Position numbers and translations under genes: made by a program
In this document: in pieces, positions 1 through 11,800 of the stretch
How positions within the stretch are numbered: the stretch's first letter is position 1
How the letters are laid out: each line of letters begins with the position of its first letter
Notes under the pieces: model-generated
Seen by the model: only the letters and a program-made list of their open reading frames with translations
The model's database searches: none
Told to the model about the DNA's origin: nothing
Source of the DNA: Pristiophorus japonicus
Taxonomy: Eukaryota
NCBI RefSeq assembly: GCF_044704955.1
Contig: NC_091999.1
Coordinates: 9,920,001 to 9,984,000 of the forward strand
Direction of reading: 5' to 3'
DNA length: 64,000 nucleotides

Positions 1-690
1 ACATGCTGTTTGGAAGAGTGGTGGATGCAGAAACCCTCACCTCTTTTAGGAGATCGTTGGATGGGCACTTAAAGTGCAGTAACCTGCATCGTTACAGACA
101 TAGACCTGATAATTGGGACTAGACTGAATGACCTTTTGTTGAACGGTGCAGATATAATGGTAAGTACTGCAGGGAATAGAATACAGCCAGGGTTAGCTCC
201 TGGACTAGTTTCGATCGTCTGGATGGGTTGAAGACGAATTTTCGAGATTTCCTCTCCAAAAATTGGCCTGGGTTTTTACCTGGTTTTTGCCTCTCCCAGG
301 AGATCACATGGCTCCGGTTGGGTGGTGTACAGAATGCTTCAGGTTATGGGGTGTCACAGTTGTGTGAGGCAGTGCGGTTCGGCTGGCTGCTCCTTGCCTT
401 TCCATCGTTGATCATAGGTTTAAATGTAGCCTTTAGGGCTGCTGTCCAAGGGCTGTGCAGCTGTTTGTCGGCCAGCGCGGACATGATGGGCCGAAATGGC
501 CTCCTTCTGCGCTGTAAATTTCCATGTTTCTATGATTCTTTATGGGTTAAATGGGGTAAAGGTTTATGGGGACAGTGCGGGGAAGTGGAACTGACTCCAT
601 CATCAGATCAGCCATGATGTTATTGAATGGCGGCACAGGTCCGAGGGGCCGTATGGCCTACTCCTGATCCTATTTCTTAAGTTGTTATGT
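1..690 (+). mobile_element. 3' ends of CR1-type LINE / related SINE tails
   Basis: Degenerate ORF2 C-terminus followed by the shark CR1 tail motif GGGCCGAAATGGCCT...TTCTATGATTC; a second tail lies at about 540-690. Confidence 0.65.
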
Positions 691-903
691 TAAAATCGCA
701 CTGCCTTTGCTACAGGAGTCCAGGTGGCCTGTAAACAATTCCCACTACAGACTTAATCGTTTTCTATTTGTTAAATCTATCCATAACGTCTTCACTGCCT
801 GCTTACCTCTCGTTACATCCTCTCATCATTGAAGTGATTTCATCCTTACCTCCCCATCTACCATTTGCCATAATCTGAAGTTTTCCTCCTTCAATGTACT
901 GAG

Positions 904-935
904 TGACGTTCTGAATGTTGCCATCAGATGACGTA
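904..935 (+). promoter_or_regulatory. CRE-like (TGACGT) motifs in a TCR V promoter
   Basis: TGACGT at 904-909 and TGACGTA at 929-935, about 230-260 bp upstream of the V leader ATG. CRE sites are typical of TCR V promoters. Confidence 0.4.
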
Positions 936-1163
936 GGTGGAATTAGAGAAACTATAACTGAAGAGTCACTAATCCTGTTGAAATGTAGTCACCCAATGAA
1001 TGCATTAGGTCGTTTTACCAGAAACAAAAATGCACGATATATTTCTGTACCTTCAGTTATACCTTTCAGTCGAAAACTTGCTCACATTATTCAGTGTAAC
1101 AGATTGCAACCAGAAATAGAACTGCTATTTCAAGGGATTGTTGGTGAAGAAAGAGCAGACCCC

Positions 1164-1601
1164 ATGTCGTACCATCAGCTCATTGTCGTATGGCTGATGT
1201 TCGGTAAGTGTGGCCATGTCTTCTATCTGTTTGCACTAATGTGAAATTATTAGACTTTCGAACTCAGTATTGTACTCAAAGATAACTTTTATTTCAGTGG
1301 GGATTCGAGCAAATTCGGTGTCACAACCTCAGACCGAGCTGTATGTGACTGAAGGAGATGGTGTGAAAATAAAATGTAGCTACACAACAAGCTACAGTAA
1401 CCCCGATCTGTACTGGTATCGACAGCACGTGAACCAGGCTCCGCAATTTATTTTGTACCGGGATAACAGCAGAAAAGCAGAAGCAGATTTTGCCAAGGGA
1501 AGATTCGATGCCGGCCAGGCAAACGCAGAAAAGATGTTTGATTTAACCGTGACTCGAGCAGAATTCCAGGACACCGCCCGATATTTCTGCGGGCTGAGCT
1601 A
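1164..1601 (+). CDS. TCR alpha/delta V gene segment, apparently functional (leader 1164-1203, V exon 1298-1601)
   Basis: Leader MSYHQLIVVWLMF ends at a GTAAG donor; TTTCAG acceptor. The V exon is open: VSQPQ...KIKCSY...LYWYRQ...DTARYFCGLS, with Cys23, Trp41 and Cys104. Confidence 0.93.
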
Positions 1602-1640
1602 CACAGTGTTTTAAAAGTCATCTGCCGCTTTACAAAAACT
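1602..1640 (+). other. 23-bp RSS
   Basis: CACAGTG + 23 nt + ACAAAAACT. Confidence 0.95.
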
Positions 1641-1759
1641 TCTGTGAAATAAAACTGCTGGAGACTGCGCCTCAACCCTCTGACTCAGAGACGAGCGTGA
1701 GACCAACTAAGCCAGGGCTGACAATTACAGTCAGTTCAAGGGAACGCACCCGTGTCTGT

Positions 1760-2145
1760 AAGTGTCAGGCGTGGCCCTGTCGCTTTTTGGTCAGATCATT
1801 TTCGGTTCATGTCCCACTCCAGAGACTCAGGTGCCATAATCGAGGGCCGACACTCCTGATGCCAGTACTGCGGGAGCGTTGCATTTTCGCACGTTCCGTC
1901 AATCAGATGGGATGTCCAGTCTGCCCTCGCAAGTGGATGTTACGATACCACGGCACTATTTCGAAAAAAAACAGCCGAGTTTACCCAGATGTCGTGGGCA
2001 ATATTTATCCCAACTTTATTAAAACAGATCATCACATTGCTCTTAGTGGGATTTTGCTTTGCACATATTGGCTATCGCGTTTCCTACATGAGACAGTGAG
2101 CATATTTCTAATTTCGTTCTGTGACACTTTGGGATGTGTGAGACT
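1760..2145 (+). mobile_element. Deu-domain SINE (SacSINE1-like), degenerate
   Basis: tRNA-like head followed by the Deu core GGATGT...CACGGCACTATTTCGAA...AATATTTATCCC...CACATTGCT. Confidence 0.65.
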
Positions 2146-3483
2146 GTCTGGCTGGACCAGAGTAGATTTTACTATCTGTCACTGTTCTTATACATATCAT
2201 AATAAATATTGCATCTCCTGGGGCGGTCTCACTTCCAGGCTGGCCCAGATGATGTTAATTATTTCAGTAGCCCTCGCGCCAGTCCGATTGGGGAACTATG
2301 TGTTTCTACAGAGTGCATCGGAGGTTCTTTGTACCAATACACGTAAAATAATTTAGCCCAGATCCTTAAGGGCTCTCTGCTTCTGAGCGTGCAACATAGG
2401 CTGAACCCAGAGCCACTCTGTTTAAGGTTTAGTAAGCATCAGTAACAGGTTATATCTCTCTGTTCCACGCACTCTTTACCCACATCCTGCAAAGTGGCTT
2501 TTGATGGCCTAATTTTATGTGGAAAAAAAACAGAAAACCGCAAAATGTCAGTTGCATTGTTAAAATAAATAAATTCCATGGTGAAATATCTTGTGGCTGG
2601 TAACCCTAAGCAAAACTTTCCATTTCGTGCTTATTAAGGCAAGTGGAATATGGTAGCATAATCTTCGATTGTAGCAGTTATTTTAATTTTTCTGTAACAT
2701 TTTTGCTGTTCGGTATGTCTGAGGGAGAAGGGTTGTTGTAAAGCCATTACAGCAATAGAAAATAAACAGAGAGGACAGCAATCCTGGAAATTCTACAGTC
2801 AAAAATCGATTGAAATGTAACACAGGACGGTAAACATGTGATAGCTCAATACTTTACCGGGAAATGTCGATGGCCAAGAGCTTTTAAGATTCGCTAATGG
2901 ACCCTGGACACTATCATCAGGTTCACTCGAGGGGAAATCTCTGATGTAAATCAAATAATTTTCAATAATTTTAAGTCAATTCCACCGTTCATTTTCAAAG
3001 TGATTTATTTTATTCGGGGTGCTGTTTTTCCAATGCATTCGTATATTCTCTGATAAATTTAGCACGTTTGCTTTCCGCTTAATGCAGTGTTTAGCAGCGG
3101 GGTGCCCTTAAATCAAATCCGCTGACACTTTCAGTGTAGTATCAATAAACGTTGTCACATTGTCCTGGTTCGAAAATTATCCCAGTTGTACCGGATGTTT
3201 TAACTAAACTGGTTAGTGCAGATTGTGGTCAATTTTGCACCGTGAACACAGCAGGTTAATGTGAACCAGCTATTGTTACAGTTACTGGGAGCGGGCTTTA
3301 TTAACCTGCATGGGCATGACATGTGGGAAGGTGAGAAGTTAGACAGAGAGAGGAAGACAAAATACTTAATTTGTTGAATTCCACAAAATACATGCAAATT
3401 GAGGAGATATCCTTCTGACCAAAATAAGGTGAGAACTCATAATTTAATGGATTCGTTAGAACAAAAGATCACCTTAATTTCGA

Positions 3484-4475
3484 ATACAAAATAAAATACT
3501 GTGGATTGCGGAATCTGAAATAAAAACAGAAAATGCTGGAAATCTCAGCAGGTCAGGCAGCACCTGGGGACAGAAAAACAGAGTTAACGTTTCAGATCGA
3601 TGACACTTCGTCAGAACTGGAGAGTGATCGAAAAGAACAGATTGTATGGAGCACCGAAAGGGGGTAGGAAAGAAAGAACAAAAGGGAAGGCAGGAGAGAT
3701 TAGAGAGGCAAAAGTAATGATGGGCCGAATTGAAATGTTCAGGACAGAAGTTAGAAAAAGCTTAGTCTAGATAGGTTGTGAATGGAGGGATAATGACCAT
3801 TTACCATTGGAGACAAAGTGAAAAAAAACATAAGTCTGGGGCGGGGCGGGAGGGAGCCACAAATGAGCAGTTTATGTTCTGAAATTGTTGAATTAAATGT
3901 TGAGTCCACAGGCTGTAAAATGCGTAAACGAAAGATGAGGTACTGTTCCTCAAGCTTGCATTGAGCTTCAATGGCACAGCATAGGAGGCCGAGGATGGAG
4001 ATGTCGGAGTGGGATTGAAGCGGTGAATTAAAGTGACAGCCGACCGGAAGCTTAGGGTCATGCTTACGGACTGAAAGGAGGTGCTCTGCAAGCGATCACC
4101 CAATCTGCCTTTGTTCTGCCCAATTTAGAGGAGACCACGTCGTGAGAAGCGAATACAGTGCACGAAATTAAAAGAAGTACAAGTAAATCGCTGTTTCAGC
4201 TGGACGTACTCTTTGGGGCTCTGAATAGTGGTGAAAGAGGAGGAAAAAGTGCAGGTGTTGCTCCGCCTGTGCTTGCATGGACAGGTGCTGTAGGAAGGGG
4301 AGGGTGCGCTGGGGGTGACTGCGGATTGCACCAGGGTGTTGTGGAGGGAACGGTCGGCCCGGAATGCTGAGAGAGGAGGGGAGGAGAAGATGTGATTGTT
4401 GGTGGGTATCACGCTGGAGGTGGCGGAAATGTCAGAGGATGATCCATTGAACGTGGAGGCTGGTGCATTGAAAAG
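3484..4475 (-). mobile_element. Penelope-like retroelement fragment (GIY-YIG region and terminal repeat)
   Basis: The minus-strand ORF PPLSAFRADRSL...CPCKHRRSNTC...KQRFTCTSFNFVHCIRF...GLL..IG...RLGDRL matches the Penelope linker and GIY-YIG region. Confidence 0.8.
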
Positions 4476-4760
4476 TGAAACAATTTCTAAACTGTTTTTT
4501 TACTTTCCAAGCTATCTGATACCATGTTTTCACTTTCTTTTCAATCTAATGAATTTCGATATAACCAAAGTGAAGCAGATGAATGTTTGTAGTGCTGCAG
4601 TCCATGCACAAACATGAGCAGAACTCTCTGCCGTTCACGACCAAATTCATTGTTGTCTCTCAAATACCGCAATGCGGGTAAAAACAAGGGTTTCTTTTGA
4701 AAGTAACGCAGGAAAACTCAGCACTTTTCATCTGCTATTGAAACGATTCTTTCCGACAAT

Positions 4761-5530
4761 GGCCTAGAAATGCCGGCCTCCCCGGTTCAGTGCAGAGTTT
4801 CTACGGACCCGGGAAGGCATTGCAAAAGCCGTATTTTAGCACACAGTGCACATGTGCTGAAAACCAGCTTTTCTGATCTGTCAAGCTCTGGCTTGACAGA
4901 TCCAGGGCATCTCGGCAGTCAAGACATTCTCATGGGCAAGATTGTAATAATTACCCATATCTTGCCCAGCAGATGTCCTGAAAGCTCGCACCTGGTAAAA
5001 GCAGGCGCATAACCTAACTTAACGGGCATAAGAGTTTTAAAGCACACTAAATCATAGTTAAATAAAATTTAAAGAACATATTTTAACGTTAAAAATCCTG
5101 CCCACTATAAGTTTATTTTAAGCCATAATTTAACCATTTTACAAAATCGGAAAAATATGTATTTTTTTATAAGACATTTATTAACTTTAATTTAAATTAA
5201 TCTGAAATAAGTGGTGTATTTTTTATATTTTGTAGTTTTGTTTCGGTGTTTGGAGGCCTGTTTCTCAATCATAATAATGGGAAAATCCTACTTACAGAGT
5301 TCACATTATTATGAAAGAAAAAGTACTGTACATGGATTTCCTGCCCAGTGCCATGTGACTCCAGCTCCAACACACAGACGTCCCGACGGACATAAGCTCC
5401 AATGCGCAGGAAGATGAGGCCTCAGGACCGGGACCACCGATGGGCGCAGCAGGATAAGGTAGGTGCACATCTTTTTTCAACTTTTTCTGTCGAGCGCTCG
5501 CGAGACCCAGAGGGCCGGGATTTCTAGGCC
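4761..5530. mobile_element. Non-autonomous DNA transposon (PIF/Harbinger-like MITE)
   Basis: TIRs GGCCTAGAAATGCCGGCC and GGCCGGGATTTCTAGGCC; 3-bp AAT on both flanks; AT-rich core. Confidence 0.75.
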
Positions 5531-5589
5531 AATGCTTTCTGCCTGTTGTACCAGCCTGAGATTTCTCTTTCTGACAAAGGTTGAACCAC

Positions 5590-6660
5590 AATGTGGCTAA
5601 AATTCCGGCCTCACCGGGCCCATACGAAATGCACACGGACCTGGCTAGGCCTTGCAAAATCCGGTTTTCAGGGCGCGACAAGCAGCGAAAATCTAATCCT
5701 CCACATCGCCTTGAGAAGGACATTCACCCAACTCATTCCCAACGAATGTGCTTCAAACTTTTACACCTGTTGAAAGCAGGCGCATAGCCTACTTTTACCA
5801 GTGTAAGAGCTTTAAAACAGTCAAAAATTAAATGTAAACACACATTTGTATAATAAAGTTCCTGTCCATTAATGTAAGTTCATTTCTAACCCTATTAAAA
5901 CACAATTGGGGCTACAATTCCAACCTCACGAGGGCCGTATGAAGTGCGCATGGACCCAGCAAGGCCTCGCAAATGCCAGTTTTTGGGGTGCGATGTCCAT
6001 GCGCTGAAAACTGGCTTTTCCGATCTGCAAGCTTTGTCTTGACAGACTGAATGTATCCACAATGGAAGGAAATTCGCACGGCCGAGATTGGGCTATTTGC
6101 CCAACTCATACGCAGTGAATGCCCTTCAGGATGTTGCGTCTGGTGAAAGCAGGTGCATAGTTTACTTTTACCAGCGCAAGAGTTTTAAAACATTAAACAA
6201 ATTACATTTAAAAACACAATTGATGTTAAAAAACCTGCCCATTAAGTTAAGTTTATTTTAAACTATGTTAAAACACATGAAATAACATTCCAAAACATTT
6301 TTTTCCCAAAACTTTTATTTAACTTTCATTTCAATATGTGAGGCATTTTATTTATTTATTATGCTGTGCTTGGGTGTTTTAGGTGGTTTTCTCATTGACA
6401 GCAATGAGTAATCGGCAAACAGAGTTCCCATTATTAGCGATGGGAATACTGCATTGTGACTGGCCATCCAGGCCCATCTGACTCCAAATTGAACTTACAT
6501 ACCTCGAAGACAGGTCCCGATGTGCTGCGCAGCGATTGTAGGCCTTCGACCAGGATCTTACGTTTCTCTAAGACGAACAGGTAGATTTGTAGATTTATTT
6601 TCAGGCATGAGGCATTCGTACGAAGGAAGCCTCCGACCTCGATGTCAAGCACAATATGCT
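5590..6660. mobile_element. Nested or tandem related MITE copies
   Basis: Repeated AAAGCAGG(C/T)GCATAG...TTTTACC and related blocks shared with 4761-5530 and 43050-44480. Confidence 0.6.
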
Positions 6661-6925
6661 TACTGCCGGTTGTACCACCCTGAGAGACATGTTTCTGAAA
6701 GTTCGTCCATGTCGTTCTGGAGAAAGATCAAATAAAATCCGAGTAAGTGGAATATCAACATATTTGGAGTGTTAATAACGATTTTTTGGGGGGCGGGGTT
6801 CGAGGTGAACATTCAATGTACCAATTCTCTCTCTCTCTCTGTCTCTGCCTCTTTCTCCATCTCACTCTTTCTTTCCCTCTGTTTCTGTCTGTCTTCTCTC
6901 ACTGTCCCTTTCTGTGTGCGTATCT

Positions 6926-7315
6926 CATAGAAACATAAAAACATAGAAACGTAGAAAATAGGTTCAGGAGTAGGCCATTAGACCCTTCGAGCCTGCACCA
7001 CCATTCAATAAGATCATGGCTGATCATTCCCTCAGTACCCCTTTCCTGCTTTCTCTCCATACCCCTTGATCCCTTTAGCCATAAGCGCCATATCTAACTC
7101 CCTCTTAAATATATCCAATGAACTGGCATCAACAACAGGCAGGGAATTCCACAGGTTAACAACTCTCTGAGTGAAGAAGTTTCTCCTGTTCTAAGTCCTA
7201 AATGGGCTAGCCCTTATCCTAAGCTGGTGCCCCCTGGTTCTGGATTTCCCCAACATCGGGAACAATCGACCCGCATCTAACCTGTCCCGTCCCGTCAGAA
7301 TCTTGTATGTTTCGA
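6926..7315 (-). mobile_element. CR1 LINE 3' end
   Basis: (CATAGAAA)n tail plus the ORF2 C-terminus on the minus strand. Confidence 0.85.
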
Positions 7316-7449
7316 TGTGAATGTTTATTTTTTTCTACCTTTCGATGTTATGTTTTATCTCCAGCGATTATACGTCAGTTTTCATTTTCTAAAGTGAAGT
7401 ATAATGCGCTGTTTACAGTGCACCACAAATCATTTAAAGTTCCCAAACA

Positions 7450-7895
7450 ACACCGGTCAGATGCAGAGTAAAATGGCCTTCATGCTGCCGCATGAAAATC
7501 TCTGACATCAGATATAGCGTGCATTAAATAAAATGTAAATTTATTTTTACTGCATTCCAGTAGACACTCAAACATTGAGCTCAGAATGTGTAAATCTTCC
7601 ACTACATTGTTGCAAAAAAACACTCATCACTAAGTATAGCACGTTAGATACGTGTAAATTTCCGTCTACACTGTCCCATCAAACAGTACTAGCGCAGGTG
7701 CTGTACATGTTTAAACAGGGTAAAGTTCCCTCTACACTGTCCCATCAGACACTCACAGTACAGGTACAGCATAGGTTAGGTAGAGAGCAAAGCTCCCTCT
7801 GCATGTCCCCATCAAACACTCACAGAGCAGAAAAATATCGGTTTCGATACAGAGTGAAGCTTCATCAACACATTCACATGAAACATTCCCAGAGT
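7450..7895. repeat. Degenerate ~60-bp tandem repeat (AGAGTAAAGCTCCCTCTACACTGTCCCATCAAACACTC)
   Basis: Same unit as the array at 56170-56700. Confidence 0.65.
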
Positions 7896-7899
7896 AATA

Positions 7900-8860
7900 T
7901 TGGAGGTTCACCAGTGGTGGAGGGAGATAATGTTGAATGTTGTGGATGAGATGCCAATGAAGCGGGCTGCTTTGTCCTGGATGGTGCAGAGCCTCTTGAG
8001 TGTTGTTGGAGCTGCATTCATCATAACATGTGGAGAGTATTCCAGCACAATCCTGACTTGTGCCTTGTAGATGGTGGAAAGGCTTTGGGCAATCAGGAGG
8101 TGAGACACTCAGCTTCTGACCAGCTCTTATTGCCACATTAGTTATGTGGCTGGTTCCGTTAATTTTCTGGTAAATGCTGACCCCCAGGATTATGATGGTG
8201 GGGGATTCGGCTATGGTAATGTCGTTCAATGTCAAGAGGCGGTGGTTATACTCTCGCTTGTTGGAGATAGTCATTGCCTGGCACTTGTGTGGCGCGAATT
8301 TTACTTGCCAGTATCAGCCCAAGCCTGAATGTCGTACAGGCCTTACTGCATGTGGGCATGATTTGCTTCATTATCTGAGACTTGCAAATGTCACTGAACA
8401 CTGTGCACTCAACAGTAAACATCAATACTTCGGACCTTATGATGAAAAGAAGGACGTTCACAAAGCAACTGCAGATGGTTGGGCCCAGAAAATTGTCCTG
8501 GGGAAATCCTGCAACAATGTCCTGTGGCTGTCATTATTGCCCTCCAACCATCACAACAATCTTCCTTTGTACCAGGTATGCCTTCAGCCAGAGGAGAGTT
8601 CCCCCCACCCTACCCCATTGATTTCCATTGACTAGTTTTACTATGGCTCCTTGAAGTCACATTTGTTCAAATGCTGCCTTGATGTGCAGGGCAGTCACTC
8701 TCATCTCACCTCTGGAATTCTGCTCTTTGGTATCTGTTTGGATCAAGGCTGTAATGAGGACTGGAGCCGAGTGGTCCTGGCAGAACCCAAACTTAGCATC
8801 GGTGATCAGATGATTGGTGAGTAAGTGCCGTTTGATAGCACTTTCGACGACACCTTTGTT
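7900..8860 (-). mobile_element. CR1/L2-group LINE RT fragment
   Basis: KAQVRIVLEYSP...TTLKRLCTIQDKAAR; homologous to 15780-16640 and 47010-49020. Confidence 0.75.
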
Positions 8861-8879
8861 ACACTACACTCTGTCCCCT

Positions 8880-11800
8880 CTTCCAGGTCATCTATGTATA
8901 TTGTAAACAGTTGTGGTCCTAGCACTGATCCCTGTGGCACATCACTAACCACCGATTTCCAACCCGAAAAGGATCCATTTATCCCGATCTCTGCTTTCTG
9001 TTAGCCACCCAATTCTCTATCCATGCTAATACATTTCCTCTGACTCCGCGTAACTTTATCTTCTGCAGTAACCTTTTGTGTGGCACCTTATCGAATGCCT
9101 TTTGGAAATCTAAATACACCACATCCATCGGTACACCTCTATCCACCATGCTCGTTATATCCTCAAAGAATTCCAGTAAATGAGTTAAACATGATTTCCA
9201 CTTCTTAATCCATGTTGCGTCTGCTTGATTGCACTATTCCTATCTAAATGTCACGCTATTTCTTCCTTAATGATAGCTTCAAGCATTTTCCCCACTACAG
9301 ATGTTAAACTAACCGGCCTATAGTTACGTGCCTTTTGTCTGCCCCCTTTTTTAAACAGAGACGTTACATTAGCTGTTTTCCAATCCGCTGATACCTCCCC
9401 AGAGTCCAGAGAATTTTGGTAGATTATAACGAATGCATCTGCTATAACTTCTGCCATCTCTTTTAACACCCTGGGATGCATTTCATCCGGACCAGTGGAC
9501 TTGTCTACCTTGAGTCCCATTAGCCTATCCAGCACTACCCCCCTAGTGACAGTGATTATCTGAAAGAGCTGAGGTCCCAGCACTGAGTCTGCGGCACTCC
9601 ACTCGTCACTGCCTCCCATTCCGAAAAGGAACCGTTTATCCCGACTCTCTGCTTCCTGTCTGCCAACCAGTTCTCTATCCACGCCAGTACATTACCTCCA
9701 ATACCATGTGCTTTGATTTTGTACACCAATCTCTTATGTGGGACCTTGTCAAAGGCCTTTTGAAAGTCCAATCACACCACATCCACTGGTTCTCCCTTGT
9801 ACACTCTACTAGTTACATCCTCAAAAAATTCCAGAAGATTTGTCAAGCATGATTTCCCTTTCATAAATCCATGCTAACTTGGGCCACTGCTGTCATTGCT
9901 CTGCAAGTGCCCTGATATTTCATCCTTAATAATTGATTCCAACATTTTCCCCACTACTGATGTCAGGCTAACAGGTCTATAATTAACCGTTTTCTCTCTC
10001 CCTCCGTTTTTAAAAAGTGGTGTTACATTAGCTACCCTCCAGTCGATAGGAACTGCTCCAGAGTCGATAGACTGTTGGAAAATGTTCACCAATGCATCCA
10101 CTATTTCTCGGGCCACTTCCCTAAGTACTCTGGGATGCAGACAATCAGGCCCAGGGGATTTATCAGCCTTCAATCCCATCAATTTCCCCAAGACACAATT
10201 TCCCGCCTAATAAGGATTTCCTTCAGTTCCTCCTTCTCACTAGACCCTCTGTCCCCTAGTATTTTCGAAAGGTTATTTGTGTCTTCCTCTTGAAGACAGA
10301 ACCAAAGTATTTGTTCAATTGGTCTGCCATTTCTTTGTTCCCCATTATAATTTCACCTGAGTCCGACTGCAAAGGACCTACGTTTGTCTTCACTAATCTT
10401 TTTCTCTTCACATATCGATAGAAGCTTTTGCAGTCGGTTTTTATGTTCCTGGCAAGCGTCCTCTCGTACTGTATTTTTCCCCTCCTAATTAAACCCTTTG
10501 TCCTCCTGTGCTGAATTATACATTTCTCACAGTCCTCAGGTTTGCTGCTTTTTCTGGTCAATTTATATGCCTCTTCCTTGGATCTAACATTATCCTTAAT
10601 TTTTCTTGTTAGCCACGGTTGAGCCACCTTCCCTGTTTTGTTTTTACTCCACTTGTACACTTGTTGAAGTTCATCCATGTGATCTATAAATGTTTGCCAT
10701 TGCCTATCCACGGTCAACCCTTTAAGTATCCTTTGCCAGTCTATTTTAGCCAATTCACGCCCCATGCCGTCGAAGTTAGCTTTCCTTAAGTTCAGGACCT
10801 TAGTTTCTGAATTAACTGTGTCACTCTCCATCTTAATGAAGAATTCTACCATATTATGATCACTCTTCCCCAAGGGGCCTCGGACAACAAGATTGCTAAT
10901 TAGTCCCTTCTCATTACACATCACCCAGTCTAGGATGGCCAGCTCTCTGGTTGGTTGCTCGACATATTGTTCAAGAAAACCATCCCTAATACACTTGAGA
11001 AAATCCTCCTCCAATGCATTGCTTCCAGTTTGGTTCGCCCAATCTATATGTAAATTAAAGTCGCCCATGATAACTGCTGTAACTTTATTGCACACATTCA
11101 TTATTTCTCGTTTGATGCTGTCCCCAACCTCGCTACTACTGTTTGGTGGTCTGTACGCAACTCCCACCAGCGTTTTCTGTCCTTTGGTATTCCGCAGCTC
11201 CACCCATACTGATTCCACATCATCCAAGCCAATGTCCTTCCTTACTAATGCATTAATTTACTCTTTAACCAGCAATGCCACCCCGCCTCCTTTTCCTTTC
11301 TGTCTATCTTTCCTACATTCTGAATACCCCTGGATATTGAGTTCCCAGCCTTGGTCACCCTGGAACCATGTCTCTGTGATGCCAATTACATTATATCCAT
11401 TAACTGCTATCTGCACAGTTAATTTGTCCACCTTATTCCGAATCCATGATGCTCACATCCTGTGTGAGAGCACTGTATCTGACTTGTTTAACAATCAGCC
11501 ACATGGTATTGGAGGTAATGTGCTGGCGTGGATAGAGAACTGGTTGGCAGACAGGAAGCAGAGAGTCGGGATAAACGGGTCTTTTTCGGAATGGGAGGCA
11601 ATGACTAGTGGAGTGCCGCAGGAATCTGGGTCCCCAGCTCTTTACAATATATATAAATGATTTGGATGAAGGAATTGAGTGTAATATTTCCAAGTTTGCA
11701 GATGACACTAAACTGGGTGGCGGTGTGAACTGCGAGGATGATGCGAAGAGGCTGAAGGGTGATTTGGACAGGTTAAGTTAATGGGCAAATGCATGGCAGA

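Noticed and set aside
1697-2356. 219-aa ORF
   Set aside because: It runs through a degenerate SINE and has no protein features.
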